DNA of 32,000 nucleotides. It comes from Vulcanisaeta distributa DSM 14429. Its GTDB lineage: Archaea; Thermoproteota; Thermoprotei; Thermoproteales; Thermocladiaceae. The stretch spans positions 1,380,001 to 1,412,000 of the forward strand of contig NC_014537.1 of the NCBI RefSeq assembly GCF_000148385.1. Direction: 5' to 3'. How positions within the stretch are numbered: position 1 is the stretch's first letter; each line of letters starts with the position of its first letter. The notes below the pieces were generated by a model. It saw only the letters and a list, made by a program, of their open reading frames with translations, was not told the DNA's origin and did no database searches. Made by a program: the position numbers and the translations under genes. Shown here one piece after another: positions 27,974 through 32,000 of this stretch.

Positions 27974-29134
27974 CTATGGTGGCGTTGGCCTTACTAAGTC
28001 GGTGGGTAAGTTCAATTGCTTAGCCACCTTGGCTAAATGCCTTAAGTACACGGTTAATCCCCTATCCCTCTTAGCAGCATCCACTATTGCCTGCATTATG
28101 TCAATAACGGCATCATAAACCTCCCTATTAACTGGGTATGGTGATCCATCCTTACCGCCAAGTGCGAAGGCGTACCTCCTTGGATCAATATTCGCTGGAT
28201 CATCCCAATCAACCGGGCTCCTATAAATTAACTCGGCTATCAATGCCAGGGCCAGCATGGTGCTGGGCCCAAAGCCCCTAACGAGTAGTAAGTCCTTAAA
28301 GTCATTGGCATCCCTCGCCCTTTTAATGGCATCCTCATTTATCGATGCTGGGTACGGTCTAAAGGCACCACTTATGTACGGATTATAATACCTGGGCGGT
28401 TCCTTACCCAGGTACGTGAGTATTGTGGAGTCGCCCCTCATCATAGCCCTAACCAACGCCCAATCCCTAATTACCTTATTAACGTCTTGATGAACAAGGT
28501 CAAGTATGGCCCCTCTAGCATCACCACTTAACCTACTAACCATGTTAAGCGCATAATTACCCTTAACACCAACAATGCCTGTATGAGGCTCATTCAATAG
28601 GTCATTCTCCATCCAAATATGGTACCTCCTAGCATACCTAGTCTTCTCATTCATGCCCTGTTGAATTATTGCCCAGGTACCGTCTGATCCAATAATCATT
28701 GCATGATGATAAAGCCTATAACCATCCTGTAACGCCGTATTATCAATCTTAGCCGAAAGCCTCGACATAAGCTTAAGCCCCTCAACATCAATATCCCAAA
28801 CCCTACCCAACTCCTCAATCTCAACGGGCGTATTAATTGCGTAAACCCCCTTACCACCGACAACCCGAATACCCACATCCTTCTTCGATAATGCCTCCTT
28901 AAGCGCCGCGGTGGTTATCGTAGTACTGCCTGAGGAGTCCCAATCCATGCCAATTATGTTGTTAAACGCCTGAAAGAAGAGTGGATTAGAGAATAATTTA
29001 ATTGTGTCCTTAATACCATGCTCATCAACCAGTAACTCAACAATAAGCCCACTAAGTTTAACCATTCTACTGTAGAGCCACGGTGGTACGTGGCCCGTAT
29101 GTAGTGGTAAATCCGCAAACCCTGAAACACTCAC
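27974..29134 (-). CDS. DUF763-family protein of unknown function
   Basis: 386 aa starting with GTG. The N-terminal DLPLHTGHVPPWLYSRM and GMDWDSSGSTTITTAALKEAL blocks match my memory of Pfam DUF763. Its stop is 1 nt from the stop of the convergent HMA-like gene. Confidence 0.65.
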   Translation of the reverse strand: MSVSGFADLPLHTGHVPPWLYSRMVKLSGLIVELLVDEHGIKDTIKLFSNPLFFQAFNNIIGMDWDSSGSTTITTAALKEALSKKDVGIRVVGGKGVYAINTPVEIEELGRVWDIDVEGLKLMSRLSAKIDNTALQDGYRLYHHAMIIGSDGTWAIIQQGMNEKTRYARRYHIWMENDLLNEPHTGIVGVKGNYALNMVSRLSGDARGAILDLVHQDVNKVIRDWALVRAMMRGDSTILTYLGKEPPRYYNPYISGAFRPYPASINEDAIKRARDANDFKDLLLVRGFGPSTMLALALIAELIYRSPVDWDDPANIDPRRYAFALGGKDGSPYPVNREVYDAVIDIMQAIVDAAKRDRGLTVYLRHLAKVAKQLNLPTDLVRPTPP

Positions 29135-29258
29135 ATAATCATATTTTTAATGACTAATATATAGTTCTTTCGTTCTTAGTGAATTTTCATCATGAACGAT
29201 CATTAATATAATGGTCATAAGGTTATACTTTTATGTACCCTTAAGTTATAATCAATCA

Positions 29259-30476
29259 ATGGATTTCGACCTTAGTAAGGAGGAGGCGCTGTTCAGGGAT
29301 TCAGTTAGGGAGTTTGGTGAGCGTTACATAAAACCGCACTGGATCGATCTCGATGAGGGTGGGTATTCACTCCTTGACTTAATACCTAGACTTGCTGAGC
29401 ATGGCTTAGTCGGCTTAACACTCAGTTCCAAGTATGGTGGTTCAGAGGGCTCCTTCCTAATGGCAGCAATAGCCGCTGAGGAGTTGGCTTACGCAGATCC
29501 AAGTCTCGCGGTCCCAGTATACTTCCTATTAGAGACTGCCTGGCCCTTCATAGTTCAGCGGTACGCTAAGGATAGCGTTAAGGAGGAGGTCCTGCCGAGA
29601 TTAACCAAGGGTGAGGCTTGGATTGGTATAGCATCTACGGAGCCCCAAGGCGGTAGTGACGTGGCTGGTGAGAGGACTGAGGCAAAGCTCGTTAATGGTA
29701 AGTGGGTCCTCACGGGCGAGAAGAACATGGTAACAGGCGTATCGATAGCCCTTAGGCTACCCTATGGTGGTGGTTTTGTAACGATAACTAGGACGGGCCC
29801 ACTCGAGGCTAAGCATAGGGCTATAACGACCATGCTATTCATGGTTAAGAGGAATGGCGTGGTTAACACGGGCTTCGAAACAAGGGATTACGAGGAATGG
29901 GGTAGGAGGGGAATACCAACTGGCTACCTGAGGCTTAATGGCGCTCCTGTGGATCCTGAGTTCGTGCTTGGTGAAGTGAATAACGGGTTTAAGATAGCCA
30001 TGGAGGGCTTTGACGTAGCCAGGACATTGATCGGCGCTGCGGCCCTTGGGACTGCCCGTTGGATGCTTGAGCAGGGCAGGGAATGGATTAAGAACAGGGT
30101 TGTCTTTGGTAAGCCAATCTCCTCATACCAATCAATAAGCTTTAGATATGCCGAATTAAGTACTAGGCTTGAGGCTGCCAGGCTCATGGTCTATAGAGCC
30201 GCCTGGCTCGCAGATAAGTTCTATAGGGGTGATTCCTCGGTCTCAATACTCGACGTGGCAAATGCTGGTGCCATGGCTAAAATGCTTGCCGTTGAATTGG
30301 CAATAGACGTGGGCCTAGAGGTCATGAAGTGGTTTGGCGGCGTTAGTTACTTCAAGGAGACCCCGATAGCTAGGGCGTTCCTAGGAGCCTTGAGCTATTA
30401 CGTAGGTGCAGAGGGAACGCAAAACATAATGAGACTAATAATAGCCAGAAACCTAATAGGAAGGGAGGTAGAGTGA
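29259..30476 (+). CDS. Acyl-CoA dehydrogenase
   Basis: Typical ACAD layout: MDFDLSKEEALFRDSVREF, TEPQGGSDV, NGFKIAMEGFDVAR, and the C-terminal helical domain ending YVGAEGTQNI. I prefer the ATG at 29259 over the track start at 29211. Confidence 0.85.
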   Translation: MDFDLSKEEALFRDSVREFGERYIKPHWIDLDEGGYSLLDLIPRLAEHGLVGLTLSSKYGGSEGSFLMAAIAAEELAYADPSLAVPVYFLLETAWPFIVQRYAKDSVKEEVLPRLTKGEAWIGIASTEPQGGSDVAGERTEAKLVNGKWVLTGEKNMVTGVSIALRLPYGGGFVTITRTGPLEAKHRAITTMLFMVKRNGVVNTGFETRDYEEWGRRGIPTGYLRLNGAPVDPEFVLGEVNNGFKIAMEGFDVARTLIGAAALGTARWMLEQGREWIKNRVVFGKPISSYQSISFRYAELSTRLEAARLMVYRAAWLADKFYRGDSSVSILDVANAGAMAKMLAVELAIDVGLEVMKWFGGVSYFKETPIARAFLGALSYYVGAEGTQNIMRLIIARNLIGREVE

Positions 30477-30529
30477 ACTTTTCGGTATGTGAGAATAGTT
30501 TTTAAAGCATAACGTATCCTCTCATCAAT

Positions 30530-30700
30530 ATGAGTCAACAAGCAGGAGCGCAAGGCGTAACACCACATACCGCTTACATACTTTCATTAATAGGTAGTAT
30601 ACTGATGGTAATAAGCTCGATCATAGTTCTGGTGGGTGCAGGGATACTAATGTCGCTACCTCACTTTATGCATTTCATAGGCTTGGTTATTACCCAATAA
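30530..30700 (+). CDS. Small hydrophobic membrane protein (56 aa)
   Basis: Not in the ORF track (under 60 aa). My translation is MSQQAGAQGVTPHTAYILSLIGSILMVISSIIVLVGAGILMSLPHFMHFIGLVITQ. The TATA-like TTTTTAAAGC lies about 25 nt upstream. Its stop overlaps the next start (TAATG). Confidence 0.45.
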   Translation: MSQQAGAQGVTPHTAYILSLIGSILMVISSIIVLVGAGILMSLPHFMHFIGLVITQ

Positions 30701-30945
30701 TGCCCATGATGCCATTGGCACCATTTTTCTTAATCGTCGTAGGTATAATTGGTCTCGTAGTAAGCATATTGGCTATATACTTCTCCCTAAGACTTGGTAG
30801 GTTAAGTGACGTAAATGCCGTACATAGTACTGGTGTTGTGCTTTTAATACTGGCGATAATTGGTTTGTTCGTGGCGAATGGCTTCTTCATAGGTTTCATA
30901 CTGCTCCTCATAGGCTCAATACTGGCTATTACGTGGAAACCATAA
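30700..30945 (+). CDS. Small membrane protein (81 aa, about 3 TM helices)
   Basis: A strongly hydrophobic ORF, translationally coupled to the 56-aa ORF through the TAATG overlap. Confidence 0.55.
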   Translation: MPMMPLAPFFLIVVGIIGLVVSILAIYFSLRLGRLSDVNAVHSTGVVLLILAIIGLFVANGFFIGFILLLIGSILAITWKP

Positions 30946-31214
30946 AATGCCTAAACGCAGATTTACTTAAGATGGTTAGCAAGGCCGTGATTAGGTATAT
31001 CGAGGAGTTATTAAATCCGTACTCCACCTACTACTCAGATGGTGTGTTGAATAGTGAGGGTATGACGTTATTAAGGATAATAGCTAGGGAGGTCCTTAGG
31101 GAATACCCGGCCTTAAAACCGAGGTTTGCTAAGGCTAGGCGTAGGAGGGATTATGAGTATGTATCGAGTCTACTTAATGAAGTAATTTCCTATCTCTCAC
31201 AGTATTCTCAATAA
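30933..31214 (+). CDS. Hypothetical protein
   Basis: 93-aa ORF with a GTG start that overlaps the upstream gene by 13 nt. An ATG at 30972 is an alternative. It looks helical and basic (RFAKARRRRDYEY), and I recognised no family. Confidence 0.45.
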   Translation: METIKCLNADLLKMVSKAVIRYIEELLNPYSTYYSDGVLNSEGMTLLRIIAREVLREYPALKPRFAKARRRRDYEYVSSLLNEVISYLSQYSQ

Positions 31215-31362
31215 ATTTCATGGATCTTCGATATATCTCGCTTATTCTGAAATTACGGCCCTTAATGATTATCATGGTAATCAGCGCCATCAATAATATT
31301 GTGGCTAATATGCGCTTATAAATCATCACAATTCTTTTTAAACCATAACCACTCATACGCAC
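31174..31362 (-). CDS. Possible small single-TM protein
   Basis: 62-aa ORF with one hydrophobic helix (ILATILLMALITMIII). ATAAATATAAG lies about 25-30 nt upstream on its strand. It overlaps the 3' end of the convergent gene by 41 nt. Support is weak. Confidence 0.25.
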   Translation of the reverse strand: MRMSGYGLKRIVMIYKRILATILLMALITMIIIKGRNFRISEIYRRSMKFIENTVRDRKLLH

Positions 31363-31414
31363 CCCCTTTACCTTATTACGCTATACTTATATTTATCTCC
31401 GCATTTAATTGGCC

Positions 31415-32000
31415 GTGCCTGAATTAACAACGGCACTTGGCATTGCTAAGAAGTGCTCATCATACGTAGACTTAATGGGCGGATCCGTCGCTGAGTATGA
31501 TTTCATAGAGTGGTTATTGAATCAGGTAGATAATCCGTTATTCTTCTATGAGTTACAGCCTGTCAGTGTCCTTGTCTGGAGGGATAGGTTTTCGAGGATC
31601 GTGTACGGTAATAACGAGTTTAAGGCGTTGAGTATGCCACTGACACTGGGCGGATCTGACAGAGGTAAGCTTACCATGGATATAAATGACTCAGAGGGTA
31701 AGGTGCTACTCGCGGATTTTCCTGAGGATATGGATGACGCGAAGTACATATACATAAAGGCGATGGAGAAGGGCGCCCTAGCGGTCATTTTTAGGGATAA
31801 GTACCCTGGCGTTGTTAGGAGAATTGTAGTCACAGCAACGCCCGACTACTCCTGGGATAGAGCGCCGCCGCCTGTTATGCCGGCATTGACCGTGTCTAAG
31901 GAGGTTGGTGATGAGCTAAGTAAGCATATTGGCGAGGAGGTGGAGTTTGTGAGTGATGTGGAGACGAAGTTAAGCACCGGCTATAACCTAATCATTAATC
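31415..32000 (+). CDS. PA-domain-containing peptidase-like protein, N-terminal part (continues beyond the window)
   Basis: Open frame from the GTG at 31415 to the window end. My translation is VPELTTALGIAKKCSSYVDLMGGSVAEYDFIEW...GKVLLADFPEDMDDAKYIYIKAMEKGALAVIFRD... This is the protease-associated domain pattern seen in M28-type aminopeptidases. The listed minus ORF 31546..31833 is its shadow. Confidence 0.5.
   Translation, partial: MPELTTALGIAKKCSSYVDLMGGSVAEYDFIEWLLNQVDNPLFFYELQPVSVLVWRDRFSRIVYGNNEFKALSMPLTLGGSDRGKLTMDINDSEGKVLLADFPEDMDDAKYIYIKAMEKGALAVIFRDKYPGVVRRIVVTATPDYSWDRAPPPVMPALTVSKEVGDELSKHIGEEVEFVSDVETKLSTGYNLIIN

Noticed and set aside
30530-30945. The pair of small membrane ORFs, considered as a frameshifted pseudogene
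   Set aside because: The TAATG overlap is a normal coupling signal, and the downstream frame is closed by a TAG at 30595-30597. A recent single frameshift within the overlap region is therefore not required. The idea cannot be fully excluded without comparative data.
31546-31833. 95-aa minus-strand ORF
   Set aside because: It is a shadow of the plus-strand frame that is open from 31415 to the window end and shows a recognisable PA-domain pattern.

Overview
Densely coding 32-kb chromosomal window that looks crenarchaeal, probably Thermoproteales-like. This assignment is an inference from a Cren7 chromatin protein, a PaREP1-family protein, a Sulfolobus-type two-subunit 2-oxoacid:ferredoxin oxidoreductase, and AT-rich intergenic regions with TATA boxes about 25-30 nt upstream of start codons. 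I support about 37 protein-coding genes and one tRNA-Arg(TCG). I saw no CRISPR array, transposase, integrase or rRNA. Most genes are housekeeping: qNOR (partial), OFOR alpha/beta, KaiC-like ATPase, inositol-1-phosphate synthase, thymidylate kinase, MoaC, sugar-phosphate nucleotidyltransferase, RibB, Cren7, Asn/Asp-type class II aaRS, AK6/Fap7-like kinase, ArsB/NhaD-type permease, CobS, short GT35 glucan phosphorylase, and acyl-CoA dehydrogenase. The clearest accessory region is 6.1-12.5 kb. It is a sugar-acid catabolic island built around an L-rhamnonate dehydratase homologue, with two Zn-MDR dehydrogenases, a motif-degenerate MBL-fold protein, an MFS transporter and a local HTH_10 regulator. 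All three of its promoters carry the same palindromic element (TGCAACATGT, ideal form TGCAACATGTTGCA) at the same distance from a TATA box and the start codon. Other points worth a second look: a tandem-fused MoaC whose two halves keep complementary subsets of the catalytic motifs; a radical SAM/SPASM gene divergent from a DUF1512 membrane protein and a small membrane zinc-ribbon protein; two small proteins with eukaryote-like C2H2 zinc-finger spacing, one followed by a tandem HMA-like protein and facing a DUF763 gene; a weak C/D-box sRNA candidate upstream of cobS; and an AT-rich orphan ORF next to the tRNA. All family assignments come from reading the translations and recalling family motifs. 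No database search was run.
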